The notes under the pieces: generated by a model | What the model was told of the DNA's origin: nothing | Databases searched by the model: none | What the model saw: only the letters and a program-made list of their open reading frames with translations | Shown: in pieces, positions 29,792 to 40,936 of the stretch | Position numbering within the stretch: the first letter of the stretch is position 1 | Layout of the letters: every line of letters starts with the position of its first letter | Program-made: the position numbers and the translations under genes | NCBI GenBank assembly: GCA_963422395.1 | Contig: OY729431.1 | Coordinates: 448,001-512,000, forward strand | DNA from: Vicinamibacteria bacterium | GTDB taxonomy: Bacteria > Acidobacteriota > Vicinamibacteria > Marinacidobacterales > Marinacidobacteraceae | Direction of reading: 5' to 3' | Length of the DNA: 64,000 nt

Positions 29792-30739
29792 CTAGAAATC
29801 TGCGCCGACGACGACGGTCACGGTGTCGGGGTCGAATGCCACGACGGTGATCGGGGCGTCCTCGTCTCCGACGAGAACGAGGCGCGGCAGCACTTCGTGG
29901 ACTCCTTCCTCGAGTCCGAGGCAGGAAATTTCGGTGAACAGGTTTTCGGCGGTGATCGAAGTCAGCATGCTTTTCGGAATGCGGAGGGTGACGCCGATTT
30001 CCCGAACGCCGAGAGTGCAGGCTGCGTCGTCGTCCGCTTCTCCGGCGGGCCGTCGGACCGCGAGCTGCAGTTCGCGCGCCTCCCGCTCCTCGCCGATCTG
30101 GAGGCGCACATCTACGCGGCGGACGCTCGGCCGCAGCGCCGGATCGAGTTCGATCTGGAGGCGCTGCGCGTAGGGTTCGCGAAGACCCTGCGCAGAGATC
30201 GGTTCCGTGGTGATCTGCTCGACATCACGCAGCAGTGATTCTGGCCCTTCCACCGCGAGTTCGCGAGGCTCTATCGAGATGCGGTGGATCTCGAAGCCGG
30301 TCGCCGGACTGCCGAGGACGCGTGGGCTCACCCGTACATCGGCGGTGAGTGTTCGATCGAGGCGCAGTACGACCTGCGAGGGGTCCACGCGCATGACCTG
30401 GACTCCCGAAGGGGCTTCGACCGCTTCCGTGCCCAGGAACCATGTGCGCTCTCCGGGAGCTTCGTTCGCCAGGTCCAAATGGGCGTTGAGACCCTGGAGC
30501 GGTGCGTCGCGCAGGAGGCCGGAAGACCCCCGCAGCCGCACATCCACCTCCTGCACCGACTGATTCACTACTTCGAGGCCCGGCGGCACATTGCGGAGCT
30601 CCAGTGGTACTCCGACCAGGATCTCCGCCCCCTCCTGGGCGGCGACGAAGAACCAGAGACAGAAGGAGAGCCCGAGCGCCACGATCCCGCGCAGCATCTC
30701 GGCGGCGCGGAAGGGGGCTCCGGGGTTGCCCATGCTCAC
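29792..30739 (-). CDS. cdaR: CdaR/YbbR-family diadenylate cyclase regulator
   Basis: N-terminal transmembrane helix ending LWFFV, YbbR-like repeats (VPLELRNVP, VDVRLRG, VEGPES). Coupled to cdaA. Confidence 0.82.
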   Translation of the reverse strand: MSMGNPGAPFRAAEMLRGIVALGLSFCLWFFVAAQEGAEILVGVPLELRNVPPGLEVVNQSVQEVDVRLRGSSGLLRDAPLQGLNAHLDLANEAPGERTWFLGTEAVEAPSGVQVMRVDPSQVVLRLDRTLTADVRVSPRVLGSPATGFEIHRISIEPRELAVEGPESLLRDVEQITTEPISAQGLREPYAQRLQIELDPALRPSVRRVDVRLQIGEEREARELQLAVRRPAGEADDDAACTLGVREIGVTLRIPKSMLTSITAENLFTEISCLGLEEGVHEVLPRLVLVGDEDAPITVVAFDPDTVTVVVGADF

Positions 30740-31590
30740 CAGACCGCCTTCGGCGCCGAAGCGCGCCGGGAAGCGACGCCTTTCGAACTCTCCACGAGCC
30801 GGTCGGGGCGTGATCGAGCCAGGGCGGTTTCGAGATCGGTGGGGTCCGCCGCTGGAAGAATTCGACCTGCCGACATCACACTCGCGTGTCCCGTTTCTTC
30901 GGAGACCACGACGACGGTGGCGTCCGTCTCCTCGGTGAGTCCGAGAGCGGCCCGGTGGCGCGTGCCGAAAGTGCCCTCGGTGGCCTCCTGGCGGGAGAGG
31001 GGCAACAGGCAGCGCGCAGCCACGATCCGGTCTCCGCTGACGAGTACCGCGCCGTCATGGAGCGGTGAGACGGGCTGGAAGAGGGAGACGAGCAGATCGG
31101 AACTGAGCCTGGCGTCGAGTGTGAGTCCGGTGTCGGCATAGCTCTTGAGGCCGATCTTTCCCTGCCAAACCACGATCGCCCCCACTCGCTGTCGAGAGAG
31201 AAGGGTGGTGGCTTCCACGAGAGCATCGATCGTCGCCCGCTCCGGATCCGGGTCACGGCGACGGCCGCGCAGCAGCATTCCGCCGCCGCCGATTCGAGCT
31301 AGACCGGTCCGGATCTCCGCTTGGTAGAGGACGATGATCGCGATTCCGAGGTACGGCAGGGTGTTGCGGACGATCCACTGCACCGTGCCGAGGCCCAGCT
31401 GGCTGGAGCCGCTGATCACCAGGAGCCCCCCTACGATCACGGTGCCGAAGGCCATCTGCGACGCACGCCGACCCTCGATCAGCTTGAGTAGCACATAGAA
31501 GACGCCTGCGACCAGCAGGATGTCCAAGACATCGGCGAGCGACAAGCGCGCGCCGAGAGTGTCGGTCAGTTTACGGATCGTCTCGGTCAA
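30736..31590 (-). CDS. cdaA: Membrane diadenylate cyclase
   Basis: Three transmembrane helices, LYQAEIR, GAIVV, SPLHDGA, GTRHRAALG, VVVSEETG. Confidence 0.93.
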   Translation of the reverse strand: MTETIRKLTDTLGARLSLADVLDILLVAGVFYVLLKLIEGRRASQMAFGTVIVGGLLVISGSSQLGLGTVQWIVRNTLPYLGIAIIVLYQAEIRTGLARIGGGGMLLRGRRRDPDPERATIDALVEATTLLSRQRVGAIVVWQGKIGLKSYADTGLTLDARLSSDLLVSLFQPVSPLHDGAVLVSGDRIVAARCLLPLSRQEATEGTFGTRHRAALGLTEETDATVVVVSEETGHASVMSAGRILPAADPTDLETALARSRPDRLVESSKGVASRRASAPKAVW

Positions 31591-31635
31591 CAGTTCTCTG
31601 TCGAGCGGTCCCCCATCGGGCGCTGCGGGCGGACT

Positions 31636-33555
31636 TCAGGCGGCGCCGCCGGGCTCGGGCACGAGGGGCGGGGCCAGCGGCGCGCGCTCCGGCGTCGGCT
31701 GCGGAACCGGAGCTCTCGCTTCGGGAGGCTCCACCGGGGAGGGAGCGGGGCGTGGGAGCGGTTTGCCGTCGAGCACTTGCTGGACTTCTTCCGAATGCAG
31801 CACTTCCCGCTCGATCAGGGCTTCGGCAACCGCTTCCACTCGGGAACGGTTGTCCTCCAGCAGCTTTCGGGCCCGGTGGTAGGCGGAGTCCACGATGCGG
31901 TGCACCTCGGCATCGATCTCCTTGGCGGTGCTCTCGCTGTAGTCCTTCCTGGAAGCGAAATCCCGCCCCAGGAAGATTTCGCCACCGCTCTGGTCGAAGC
32001 TGATCGGGCCGAGCGACTCGCTCATTCCCCACTCGCAGACCATTCGGCGCGCCAGGTCGGTCGCCTTTTCGATGTCGTCGGACGCTCCGGTGGTCACCTG
32101 TCCGAGGAAGATCTCTTCGGACAGCCGGCCACCCATCTTCACCGCGATCATCGCTTCCACATAGTCCCGGTCATGGGTCCGTCGATCGTCTTCCGGCAGG
32201 AGCATGGTCACTCCCATCGCCACTCCACGCGGAATGATGCTCACCTTGTGGAGTGGATCGGCTTTCTCGAGGAGCGCTGCCACCACCGCATGTCCGGCTT
32301 CGTGATAGGCGGTGGTGCGCTTTTCCTCGCTGGTCATGATGACCGAGCGGCGCTCGGCCCCCATGAGGACTTTGTCCTTGGCTTGTTCGAAGTCGTCCAT
32401 CCGCACTTTCTTCTGCGAATGGCGCGCTGCATTCAGCGCGGCCTCGTTCACCAGGTTCGCAAGGTCGGCGCCCGAAAAACCGGGGGTGCCCCGGGCGATG
32501 ATGTTGAGGTCCACTCCCTTTTCGAAGGGAATGCGGGCGCTGTGCACCTTGAGCACGCCTTCGCGTCCCTTGATGTCGGGCAGCGAAACGACCACCCGGC
32601 GATCGAAGCGGCCCGGCCGAAGCAGCGCCGGATCGAGGACATCGGGCCGGTTCGTGGAGGCGATCAGGATGACTCCGTCGTTGGACTCGAAACCGTCCAT
32701 CTCCACGAGCAACTGATTCAGAGTCTGTTCCCGTTCGTCGTGCCCGCCGCCGAGGCCCGCGCCCCGCTGGCGGCCGACGGCGTCGATCTCGTCGATGAAG
32801 ACGATGCAGGGGGCGTTCTTCTTGCCCTGTTCGAACAGGTCGCGCACCCGGCTGGCGCCGACTCCGACGAACATCTCCACGAAGTCCGAGCCGCTGATCG
32901 TGAAGAAGGGGACGTTCGCCTCCCCGGAAATGGCCCGTGCCAGGAGCGTCTTGCCGGTGCCGGGAGGGCCCATGAGCAGCACGCCCTTCGGGATCCGGCC
33001 GCCGAGCCGCTGGAATTTCTGCGGTTCCTTGAGGAAATCGATGATCTCCTGCAGCTCTTCCTTCGGTTCGTCCACTCCGGCCACATCCTTGAAGGTGACC
33101 TTCTTCTGCTGGTTCGTGGTGAGTTTCGCCCGGCTGCGCCCGAAGGACATGGCGCGATTCCCCGGCGTCTGCATCTGGCGGATCAGGAAGAAGAACAACC
33201 CGACGATGAGCAGGATCGGCAGCCAGCTGAGCAGCGTGAGGATCCACGGAGTCCGGCTCGCGTCGTCCGCCTCCACATCGATGCCCCGCTCGAGGAGGGT
33301 GGCGACGAGGCTTTCCATCTCCGGCGCGAAGGTGCGGAATTCCTTGCCGTCCACCCCGGTGCCGCTGATTTCGCTGCCCGCCCCGGTGCCGCTGATGCGA
33401 ACTTCGGCGATTCGATCCTCCTCGACCCGCTGCATGAACTGGGTGAAGGAGAGCTCGTTCTCCTCTTCTGCGAGCCGGCTCGATACATTCCAGAAGAGGA
33501 TCAGGACGAGCGACGCCGTCAGCCAGAACATCAGGTTCTTCATCGTCGAACTCAT
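31636..33555 (-). CDS. ftsH: ATP-dependent zinc metalloprotease FtsH
   Basis: Two transmembrane helices, [34 protein letters not shown]. Confidence 0.97.
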   Translation of the reverse strand: MSSTMKNLMFWLTASLVLILFWNVSSRLAEEENELSFTQFMQRVEEDRIAEVRISGTGAGSEISGTGVDGKEFRTFAPEMESLVATLLERGIDVEADDASRTPWILTLLSWLPILLIVGLFFFLIRQMQTPGNRAMSFGRSRAKLTTNQQKKVTFKDVAGVDEPKEELQEIIDFLKEPQKFQRLGGRIPKGVLLMGPPGTGKTLLARAISGEANVPFFTISGSDFVEMFVGVGASRVRDLFEQGKKNAPCIVFIDEIDAVGRQRGAGLGGGHDEREQTLNQLLVEMDGFESNDGVILIASTNRPDVLDPALLRPGRFDRRVVVSLPDIKGREGVLKVHSARIPFEKGVDLNIIARGTPGFSGADLANLVNEAALNAARHSQKKVRMDDFEQAKDKVLMGAERRSVIMTSEEKRTTAYHEAGHAVVAALLEKADPLHKVSIIPRGVAMGVTMLLPEDDRRTHDRDYVEAMIAVKMGGRLSEEIFLGQVTTGASDDIEKATDLARRMVCEWGMSESLGPISFDQSGGEIFLGRDFASRKDYSESTAKEIDAEVHRIVDSAYHRARKLLEDNRSRVEAVAEALIEREVLHSEEVQQVLDGKPLPRPAPSPVEPPEARAPVPQPTPERAPLAPPLVPEPGGAA

Positions 33556-33616
33556 CTCAGTCCTGCCACTCCAGGGATCGGGCCTTTCTCGCGCTGGGAA
33601 CGAACGGCAACAGCGA

Positions 33617-33622
33617 ATTATA
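33617..33622 (-). promoter_or_regulatory. Putative -10 element for ftsH
   Basis: Perfect TATAAT on the minus strand in the tilS-ftsH gap of a GC-rich genome. Confidence 0.45.
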
Positions 33623-33629
33623 GGCGGGG

Positions 33630-34811
33630 TCAGCGGCCTCCGGGGAGAACGCTCCCGCTGTCTGCCGGTTCCGGCGCGGAGCCGCCGCCGGTACGGCGGC
33701 CCTCCCCGACGCCGATGATCGTTAGGAATCCGCGCTCGAGGCGGACCGTCGCGCCGGGCAGATCGAGGGAGGCTCCTCCCCTTCGGGCGCAGGCGATCCG
33801 GAGCGCCGCCTCGATGTGCACGAGGCCGATGCGCCGCAGATGGCCGCGCACGGTGCGGAGTCCTTCGCGGATCAGCCTTCGTTCGAGCGCGGGCTCGGTG
33901 TTCCCGAAGGCGGACGCCGCGATCGAGACCTCGACGACGGCGCCGCGCTGTCGGACCACAGCGATTTCGGCGAATCGGCGGGCCGAAAGCCCCTGGAGGC
34001 AAGCCTCGTCCTCGCGCAGCAATTCGGCGGTCCGCCCGAGCGCGGCTTCGATCTGCGGGTTCGACGTTTTACGCAGCAGCGGGAGGACTTCTTGCCGAAT
34101 TCGGTTTCGCGAAAATTCGGGGTTGGCGTTTTCGGGGTCCGGATAGTGTTGCCAGCCTTCCGCCTCGGCGAGTACGGCGATCTCGGCGCGGGACACCCCG
34201 AGCAGCGGGCGGACGATCCGGAAACCTCGCTCGTCGGCGCGGCAGGGCGGCATGGCGCCCAGGCCGAGACCGCCGGCGCCCCGTGCGAGCCGCAGGAGCA
34301 CCGTCTCGGCCTGGTCGGTCAGCGTATGCCCGAGCGCGACGACGAAAGCCCCCCGCTCGACCGAGACCTCCCGGAAGAAATCGAGCCGCTCGAGCCGGCC
34401 GGCTTCTTCGACCGATCGCCGTTCGCGGCGCGCTCTGCGGGCGACCTCCCGCCGCCCGCCCCGAAAGGGGACCCCGAGAGACGCCGCGACCCGCGCGGCG
34501 AAGTGCGCCTGCTCCGGAGAGTCGGGGCGGAGCGCGTGGTCGAGGTGAGCGGCCACCACCGGGGCGTCTCGGGGAGTGCCGGAGCGCCGCCCGATTTCGA
34601 CCAGCAGGTGGAGGAGGACGGTCGAATCCAGCCCTCCGGAATAGCCGGCGAGGATGCCCGGTCCGCCCTTCTGACCGAACTCCGGGATGTTCTCCTGCAG
34701 CGAAGCCGAGACGCACTCCAGAATTCGAGTGCGGAGCGCCGCCGGCCGGGTTCGCCGCCGGGTCGTTCCGGCGGGTGCCGGGCTCGGATCAGACGCCGGA
34801 GGCCGCGCCAT
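33630..34811 (-). CDS. tilS: tRNA(Ile)-lysidine synthase
   Basis: [38 protein letters not shown]....SRN.IR. Confidence 0.93.
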   Translation of the reverse strand: MARPPASDPSPAPAGTTRRRTRPAALRTRILECVSASLQENIPEFGQKGGPGILAGYSGGLDSTVLLHLLVEIGRRSGTPRDAPVVAAHLDHALRPDSPEQAHFAARVAASLGVPFRGGRREVARRARRERRSVEEAGRLERLDFFREVSVERGAFVVALGHTLTDQAETVLLRLARGAGGLGLGAMPPCRADERGFRIVRPLLGVSRAEIAVLAEAEGWQHYPDPENANPEFSRNRIRQEVLPLLRKTSNPQIEAALGRTAELLREDEACLQGLSARRFAEIAVVRQRGAVVEVSIAASAFGNTEPALERRLIREGLRTVRGHLRRIGLVHIEAALRIACARRGGASLDLPGATVRLERGFLTIIGVGEGRRTGGGSAPEPADSGSVLPGGR

Positions 34812-36108
34812 CGGCCTGCTGTCCTTCCTCCGGCTCGCTTCCAGCGGGCGCGGGTTCGATCCGCACCTGGACTACCCGGTGCTGCTCCACTTGTTCGACA
34901 CGCACCACGGCTCCTGGAATCCGCACCGTTTCTCCGGGCCGCGGAATCCGCCCGGTTCGTTCCAGGACGAACCCCGCCAGGGTGTCGTAGTCGTCGCCGT
35001 GCGGGATCTCTATCCGGCGGGGGGAGGTCTCCGAGATTCGCCCTCCCTGCGCCAGGGCGATATTCGCTTCGGAGACGGTCAGCGTTCCGTCGAACAGGTA
35101 ACTCCCGTCGGGAGACTCGATGCTCTCCGCCGGCGGGACGCCGCGGATGGCTTCGAGCAGCGAGCTGGAGGTCACGAGTCCTTCCACCCCTCCGTGTTCA
35201 TCCACCACGATCAGCATCCGGCAGGATTGCTCCCGCATCTGGACCAGCGCTTGCGCGAGAGTCGCCGTGCCGGGGGAAAATCGTGCGGGACGCAGATGCT
35301 GCTCCACTGGAAAACGATCGCCCGTTGCCAGCGCGGGGAGGGCCTCGCGCAGGTCGAGGAGGCCGCGGATGTCGTCGAGTCCCTTTTCCACCACGGGCAT
35401 TCGAGTATGGCCGTGTTCACGGAAGAGCTGCATGATTTCCTGGGTCCCGGCCCCGATGGGCGCCGCCGCGATCGCGCGGCGCGGGGTCATCACTTCGGTC
35501 AATCGGCGTCCGGTCGCCTCCACCAGGCGGGCGAGCACCTGCTTTTCGAGTTCGTCCCCGGCGCGCGGATCGAGGCGGAAGCTCGCGCGGATTTCGGCGG
35601 CACTGATCGCCACTTCCCGCGCCGGCCGGGAGATGCCGAAGAGCCGCAATACGCCGGTGACCAGCCCCGAAAGTGAGGAAGCGATCGGGCCGAGCAGCCA
35701 GAGCACCGCCTGCACCGGCCGGATCGTCCCGAGCGACCATCGTTCGGCGTGGCGCGAGGCGATGCTCTTCGGCAACATTTCGCCGAATACCAAGAGCGCC
35801 ACTCCGACCACGAGCGTCGAGATGGTGGCCGCGCGGGCCCGCTCCTCGGTGGTTTCGGCGCCCGAGGACAGGACGATCGTTACCAGGACCCCCGCCAGCA
35901 CATTGGCGAACACATTGCCGGTCAGGATCGCTCCGAGGAAACGCTCGGGCTGGGCGGCGACTCGAAGCGCTGCGGCTGCCCTGCGGTTTTGGGAAGCGAG
36001 CGCCCGCAGCCGGTGAAGACGAACCGCCATGAAGGCGGTTTCCGAGCCGGAGAAGAACGCGGAGAGGACGAGCACGGCGAGGAGCGCCGCCGCAAACGCC
36101 CCGATCAC
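34789..36108 (-). CDS. CNNM/CBS/CorC hemolysin-family membrane protein
   Basis: SAFFSGSETAF, FGEMLPK, VMTPR, HTRMPV, VVDEHGGVEG, YDTLAGFV. Confidence 0.9.
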   Translation of the reverse strand: MIGAFAAALLAVLVLSAFFSGSETAFMAVRLHRLRALASQNRRAAAALRVAAQPERFLGAILTGNVFANVLAGVLVTIVLSSGAETTEERARAATISTLVVGVALLVFGEMLPKSIASRHAERWSLGTIRPVQAVLWLLGPIASSLSGLVTGVLRLFGISRPAREVAISAAEIRASFRLDPRAGDELEKQVLARLVEATGRRLTEVMTPRRAIAAAPIGAGTQEIMQLFREHGHTRMPVVEKGLDDIRGLLDLREALPALATGDRFPVEQHLRPARFSPGTATLAQALVQMREQSCRMLIVVDEHGGVEGLVTSSSLLEAIRGVPPAESIESPDGSYLFDGTLTVSEANIALAQGGRISETSPRRIEIPHGDDYDTLAGFVLERTGRIPRPGETVRIPGAVVRVEQVEQHRVVQVRIEPAPAGSEPEEGQQADGAASGV

Positions 36109-36136
36109 TCGAAGGGCCGGCCCCCGGCGCCGCTGC

Positions 36137-37225
36137 TCACGGGAAACGGCGAAGGACGCGGTACCTGGTGTCCCGCTGGACGGGGGCGAAGCCCGCTTCT
36201 CGAATCAGGAGCTGCACCTCTTCGGTACTCGTCCGGTTCACGAAACCGGTACAGGCGTGGACATTCTCTTCGATGAGCGTCCCCCCGAAGTCGTCGGCGC
36301 CCCAGTGGAGACCGACCTGCCCCGCCTTCTTGCCTTCACTGAACCAGGAAGCCTGGATGTGATCGAAGTTGTCGAGCACGAGCCGGGCTACCGCGAGCAC
36401 CCGGAGGTAATCGTTCGGTCCGGCGTAGTGCGGAATCTTCCGGACCAGCGGCGTGTTGCCAGGTTTGAAGCTCCAGGGGACGAACGCGGTGAAGCCGGAG
36501 GATTCGTCCTGCAGTTCGCGGATGGCCAGCAGATGTCCGACGATGTCCTCGTTCGTCTCGAGGTGTCCGTACATCATGGTGGCGGTGCTTCGAAAACCGA
36601 GAGCATGCGCTTCCCGATGGACATCGATCCAGGCGGCCGCTCCTCCCTTCTTGTGGGAGATCTTGCGGCGAACCCGGTCGGTGAGAATCTCGGCCCCGCC
36701 GCCCGGCAAAGTATCCTGGCCGGCGTCCTTCAGGCGGCGGAGCACTTCCCGAATGCTCAGTCCGCTCACTTTCGCCATGCCTTCGATCTCCACTGCCGAC
36801 CAGAAGTGCGGGGTCACCGAGGGGAAGCGCTCCCGTGTTTCGCGCACGAGGTCGAGGTAGTAGTCGAGAGGGAGGGATTCGTTCACTCCTCCCTGTAGCA
36901 GCACCGTGGTGGCGCCCCGTTCGACGGCGCGTCCGATCCGGGTCAGCATCTCCTCGACGGTGTGGGTGTATGCCTCATCATGGCCCGGGGGTCGGTAGAA
37001 CGCGCAGAAGGTGCAGTCCACTTCGCAGACATTCGTGTAGTTCGGATTCGTGTCCACCACGAAAGTGACTTCCGGATCGGGGTGGCGGCGAAAACGCTCG
37101 TGGTTCGCCAGTTCGCCGAGCCCGAGGAGCGGCGCCTCGTCCATCAGCCAGCGCGCGTCGTTTCGGGTCATCCTCATCCGGCTTTCGGCCTTGCGTCGGA
37201 TCCGTTCCATGTCGTTGCTGTTCAT
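36137..37225 (-). CDS. mqnC: Cyclic dehypoxanthinyl futalosine synthase (radical SAM)
   Basis: VTFVVDTNPNYTNVCEVDCTFCAFYR, LLQGG, PGGGAEIL, TATMMYGH, GADDFGG...EENV. Confidence 0.9.
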   Translation of the reverse strand: MNSNDMERIRRKAESRMRMTRNDARWLMDEAPLLGLGELANHERFRRHPDPEVTFVVDTNPNYTNVCEVDCTFCAFYRPPGHDEAYTHTVEEMLTRIGRAVERGATTVLLQGGVNESLPLDYYLDLVRETRERFPSVTPHFWSAVEIEGMAKVSGLSIREVLRRLKDAGQDTLPGGGAEILTDRVRRKISHKKGGAAAWIDVHREAHALGFRSTATMMYGHLETNEDIVGHLLAIRELQDESSGFTAFVPWSFKPGNTPLVRKIPHYAGPNDYLRVLAVARLVLDNFDHIQASWFSEGKKAGQVGLHWGADDFGGTLIEENVHACTGFVNRTSTEEVQLLIREAGFAPVQRDTRYRVLRRFP

Positions 37226-38070
37226 GGTGCGGCAGACAGAGGACGGCAGGGGGCGCCGGAGTGACCGCTGGCTTCCGCTGCCGTCGGAACAGGGGAAAGG
37301 ACAGGAGAGGGAACGAGGTTCCGGCGCGCCGCCAGGCGCCGGAAGGCCTCGAAACCGCGGCGTTCCGAGGGGCCGAATCGATAGGTGAAATCGGCGAGGT
37401 AGGCACCGATCGTCTCGGCGTTTCCGAGGGAGCCGGCTGCCTCGGCGGCGATCTCCGGGATCCTCCGGATCCCGTTCTCGAGGGAATGGGCGATCCCCGC
37501 CGCGAGCCGGGAACGAGTGGACCGGGTCAGCGAGCGGCGCGCGCTCCAGACCGCGAAGACGAAGGGAAGCCCCGTCCATTCCCGCCAGCAGCTGGCGAGA
37601 TCGAAGCGAAACCGGAACGACGGGTCCGGGTTTTCGCGCTCGCGGAGCGCTTCGTCGCCGATGAGCAGGACTGCGTCCTGGCCGCGGGTCACGCCGCGGC
37701 GGTACTGCGGCGGCGAGATTCCGAGATGTTCCTCGAGCCAAAGCTTCAGCAGCAGAACCGAGGTGGAGGTTTCTCGGGTGATTTCGACGATCCGGCCGCC
37801 GAGTTCGGTCGGATCCCGCCGAGAGAGCAGGAAGACGCTGCCGGCTTGCTCGCGGCAGGCGATTCCGAAGGGGCCGCCGGCTTCGTCGAGGGGGGAGTAA
37901 CGGTCCTCGTGGCGTAGCAGATCCCCCAGCGAAAGCAGACCGGCGTCGATCTCGCCCGCGGCAGCGAGGCATCCGATCTCGGAAGGCGAGGCCCGAAAAA
38001 GGCGTACGCCGGGCAAAGGCTCGAACGGCCGGGTGTTCAGGTAGGCGAGTTGGCCGAGCAGAAGCCGCAC
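37222..38070 (-). CDS. mqnA: Chorismate dehydratase
   Basis: YLNTRPF, SVFL.S, TSV.LL, LLIGDEAL, DL...WREWTGLPFVFAVW. Confidence 0.9.
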   Translation of the reverse strand: MRLLLGQLAYLNTRPFEPLPGVRLFRASPSEIGCLAAAGEIDAGLLSLGDLLRHEDRYSPLDEAGGPFGIACREQAGSVFLLSRRDPTELGGRIVEITRETSTSVLLLKLWLEEHLGISPPQYRRGVTRGQDAVLLIGDEALRERENPDPSFRFRFDLASCWREWTGLPFVFAVWSARRSLTRSTRSRLAAGIAHSLENGIRRIPEIAAEAAGSLGNAETIGAYLADFTYRFGPSERRGFEAFRRLAARRNLVPSPVLSPVPTAAEASGHSGAPCRPLSAAP

Positions 38071-38090
38071 GGTACCGGGCCGCAGTGCAG

Positions 38091-39203
38091 TCAGGCTGCT
38101 TCCCAGACCCGCACGACGTTGTAGAGCGCGTCGCGCTCGATGGGAGTCTTGCCTGCGTCACGAATCATCCGGACGAGGCGCTCGCGCGCCACCCCGACCG
38201 GGCTCGTGGCCTGGGCGTAGTGAGCGATGCGCTCTTCGCCGATCGTGCCGTCGAGGTCGCTCGCGCCGAAGTGCAGCGCCATCGCTGCCGAATCCTCGCC
38301 GAGCATCACCCAATAGGCCTTGATGTGCGGAAAATTGTCGAGCAGAAGACGCGCGCAGGCCACCGTTCGCAGGTCTTCGAGCACCGAGGCCTGCCGTTCG
38401 GCGAGCCCGGTGTTTCCCGGCTGCAGTGCGAGGGGAATGAAGGAGGTGAAACCGGCGTCCGATGGCCCCCGGCCGTCCTGCGCCTCCCGGAGCTGCATCA
38501 TGTGATCCACCCGCTCGGCGAGGGTCTCGATGTGCCCGTAGAGCAGCGTTGCGTTCGTCATGATTCCGAGACGGTGTGCCGTGCGGTGCACTTCGAACCA
38601 GCGCTCCCGTCCGATCTTGGTGCGGAAGGTCTCCTTGCGCACTCGATCGGAGAAAACTTCCGCGCCCCCGCCGGGAAGCGTCTTGAGTCCGGCCTCCTTG
38701 AGGCGGGTGAGGATGTCCTCGATGGAGGTCTTTTCGAGGCGCGCGAACCAGTCGATCTCGACGGCGGTCCAGGCCTTGATCTGCACCTCGGGAAACCGCC
38801 GGTGGATTTCCCGCACGATCTCGAGATAGCGGTCGAATCGCCATTTCGGATGGAGGCCGCCAACGATGTGCACTTCGGAGAGTTCTTCGGACACCTGGGC
38901 GAGCACTTCCTCCAGGCTCTGCTCATAGGCGTGGTCGTCGCCCGGCTTGGCGGCGAAATCGCAAAAAGCGCAGGAAAGTACGCAGAGGTTCGTGGGATTG
39001 ATCTGGCGGTTGACCACGAACTGCACTCGATTTCCATTTCGGGTTCTCGCCGCATGGTCTGCCATCCGGCCGATTGCCGGAAGATCGAGCGTTTCGAGCA
39101 GGGTGAGCCCGTCATCGAAATCGAGCCGCTGCCCGGCGAGCACCTTTTCCCAGATGGGAACGAGAGCGCGGTCGCGGAACACGACCCCGTCGGCGAGTAG
39201 CAA
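38091..39203 (-). CDS. mqnE: Aminofutalosine synthase (radical SAM)
   Basis: NRQINPTNLCVLSCAFCDF, EVHIVGGLHP, PGGGAEVF, HIKAYWVM, GASDLDGT..EE.I.H. Confidence 0.9.
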   Translation of the reverse strand: MLLADGVVFRDRALVPIWEKVLAGQRLDFDDGLTLLETLDLPAIGRMADHAARTRNGNRVQFVVNRQINPTNLCVLSCAFCDFAAKPGDDHAYEQSLEEVLAQVSEELSEVHIVGGLHPKWRFDRYLEIVREIHRRFPEVQIKAWTAVEIDWFARLEKTSIEDILTRLKEAGLKTLPGGGAEVFSDRVRKETFRTKIGRERWFEVHRTAHRLGIMTNATLLYGHIETLAERVDHMMQLREAQDGRGPSDAGFTSFIPLALQPGNTGLAERQASVLEDLRTVACARLLLDNFPHIKAYWVMLGEDSAAMALHFGASDLDGTIGEERIAHYAQATSPVGVARERLVRMIRDAGKTPIERDALYNVVRVWEAA

Positions 39204-39352
39204 GGGATGGTCTCCGGAGGGGGTGCCTCGGGGAGCCAGGCGCCGCTACTCGGCCCTGGCTGCGAGACTTGGGGAAGAACTGAAAATCGTAGCATGGGGA
39301 CGTCCCGATTTCGGCTTGGGGCGGTCTTTACGAGACCCGGGAGAGCGGCGTC

Positions 39353-39904
39353 TCACCGAGTCTCTTCTTCGCGCCAGCCTGGCGTCTCGCTGACTCCGAG
39401 GACGCCGAGCACCTTGTCGCAGAAGCCGTCCACGAGATCGTCCGTCGAGGACGGATTTCGATACCAGGGCGGGGCGACCGGCATGACGATGCCGCCGGCT
39501 TCCGATACCCGCAGGGCGTTTTGCAGCGTGATGGCGGACCAGGGGGTCTCGCGTATGCAGAGGACGAGGGGCAGCCGCTCCTTCAGTGCGACCTGGGCGG
39601 CCCGAGTGATGAGCGTGTCGGCGATTCCATGCGCCACCTTGCCGAGTGTGGACAGACTGCAAGGAATCAGCACCAGGCCGTCATGGCGGTTGGAGCCCGA
39701 GGCCCATGGTGCAGCGAGGTCGGTGTCGCGGTGGATGCGCCGCACCTGGCCGCCGAGTTCCGCAAGAGAAAGTCCGGTCTCGAGCCGAAGGACCTCTTCG
39801 CCCCACCGGGAGACGATGAGGTGTTTTTCGCCTGGACAGCGCTTCAGGAACCGAACGCCGTACACCGCACCGGAGGATCCCGATATTCCGACGACGACCT
39901 TCAT
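39353..39904 (-). CDS. ubiX: Flavin prenyltransferase UbiX family
   Basis: VVVGISGSSG..YG, ASGS, PCS..TL, LITRAA.V.LKE, RETP. Confidence 0.92.
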   Translation of the reverse strand: MKVVVGISGSSGAVYGVRFLKRCPGEKHLIVSRWGEEVLRLETGLSLAELGGQVRRIHRDTDLAAPWASGSNRHDGLVLIPCSLSTLGKVAHGIADTLITRAAQVALKERLPLVLCIRETPWSAITLQNALRVSEAGGIVMPVAPPWYRNPSSTDDLVDGFCDKVLGVLGVSETPGWREEETR

Positions 39905-39915
39905 GGACTCCGCCT

Positions 39916-40803
39916 TCACGGATTCCCGCCTGGCAGCGGAGTTTCGGAAAGCGCGACGCCCAGGAAGACGGCTGCGCCGATCGCCGCGTTCATCGGGAAG
40001 AAGGCGAACTCCACGCGGTGACGGAGGAGATGCTGTGCGATGAAGAGGGCACCGGCGACGGCGAAAAGCAGTGCGGCCCACAGACCGGCGAGCGCGGCGG
40101 CGAACAGGCCGGCCAACAGGAGGAACGAAGCGGCGTGAAGGCCGGCGGCGACGGAAAGCGCCGCGGGCGCGCCGATGGCGGCCGGCAGCGAGTGAACCCC
40201 GAGTCTTCGGTCCGATTCCTCGTCGAGGGTGGCGTAGCAGATGTCGAATCCGGCGGACCACAGCGTCGTGAACGCGGCGAGCAGCAGGATCGGCGTGAGA
40301 CCCTCCCATGCGAGCGAGACCGCGTAGAAGCCGCAGATCGGTCCCAGAGCGAGGGTGAGGCCAAGCCCGAGATGCGCCCAACGGGTCACCCGTTTCAACA
40401 GGGGGTACCCGAGGAACGCGCCGAGGGCCAGCGGGCCGAGGATTAGGCAGCGCGGCGAGATGGCCCAGGCGGCGAACAGCGCAACCAGGAACGCGCCGCC
40501 CGCGGCGCCCACGGCCGCCCGCCGCGTGATCCTGCCCGAGGGCAGCGCCCGGTCCATCGTCCGCGGGTTCTGTGCATCCAGACGATGGTCCAGGATTCGA
40601 TTCAGTCCGAGCGCCGTCGTCCGGGCGCCCGTCGCCGCCACCAGGATCAGCACCGCAGTGCGAACCGTCAACGGAGGCTCCGCGAGCAACGCTCCGGCGT
40701 AGATCAGTGGAAGCGAGAGCAGCGAGTGTTCCAGCTTGAGGTAATCGGCCCAGATCCGGAAACGATCGGCGACCGGTACGCTTTCGGTTTTGGCAGCGGA
40801 CAC
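39916..40803 (-). CDS. UbiA-family polyprenyltransferase (MqnP-like)
   Basis: KLEHSLLSLP, ARTTALGLNRILD..LD..NPRT..RALP.G, GFDICYA..D...D. Confidence 0.88.
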   Translation of the reverse strand: MSAAKTESVPVADRFRIWADYLKLEHSLLSLPLIYAGALLAEPPLTVRTAVLILVAATGARTTALGLNRILDHRLDAQNPRTMDRALPSGRITRRAAVGAAGGAFLVALFAAWAISPRCLILGPLALGAFLGYPLLKRVTRWAHLGLGLTLALGPICGFYAVSLAWEGLTPILLLAAFTTLWSAGFDICYATLDEESDRRLGVHSLPAAIGAPAALSVAAGLHAASFLLLAGLFAAALAGLWAALLFAVAGALFIAQHLLRHRVEFAFFPMNAAIGAAVFLGVALSETPLPGGNP

Positions 40804-40936
40804 GGTTCCGACGGGTGAATATAGGGGAGGAATGGTGCTGACAGACGGGAGTTTCCGGACTTTACTCCGGCTTCGAACGCCGTGATACTCTTTCGGAAAT
40901 GCTGTGTGGGCGGGCGGAAAGCAACGACTTGGTTGT

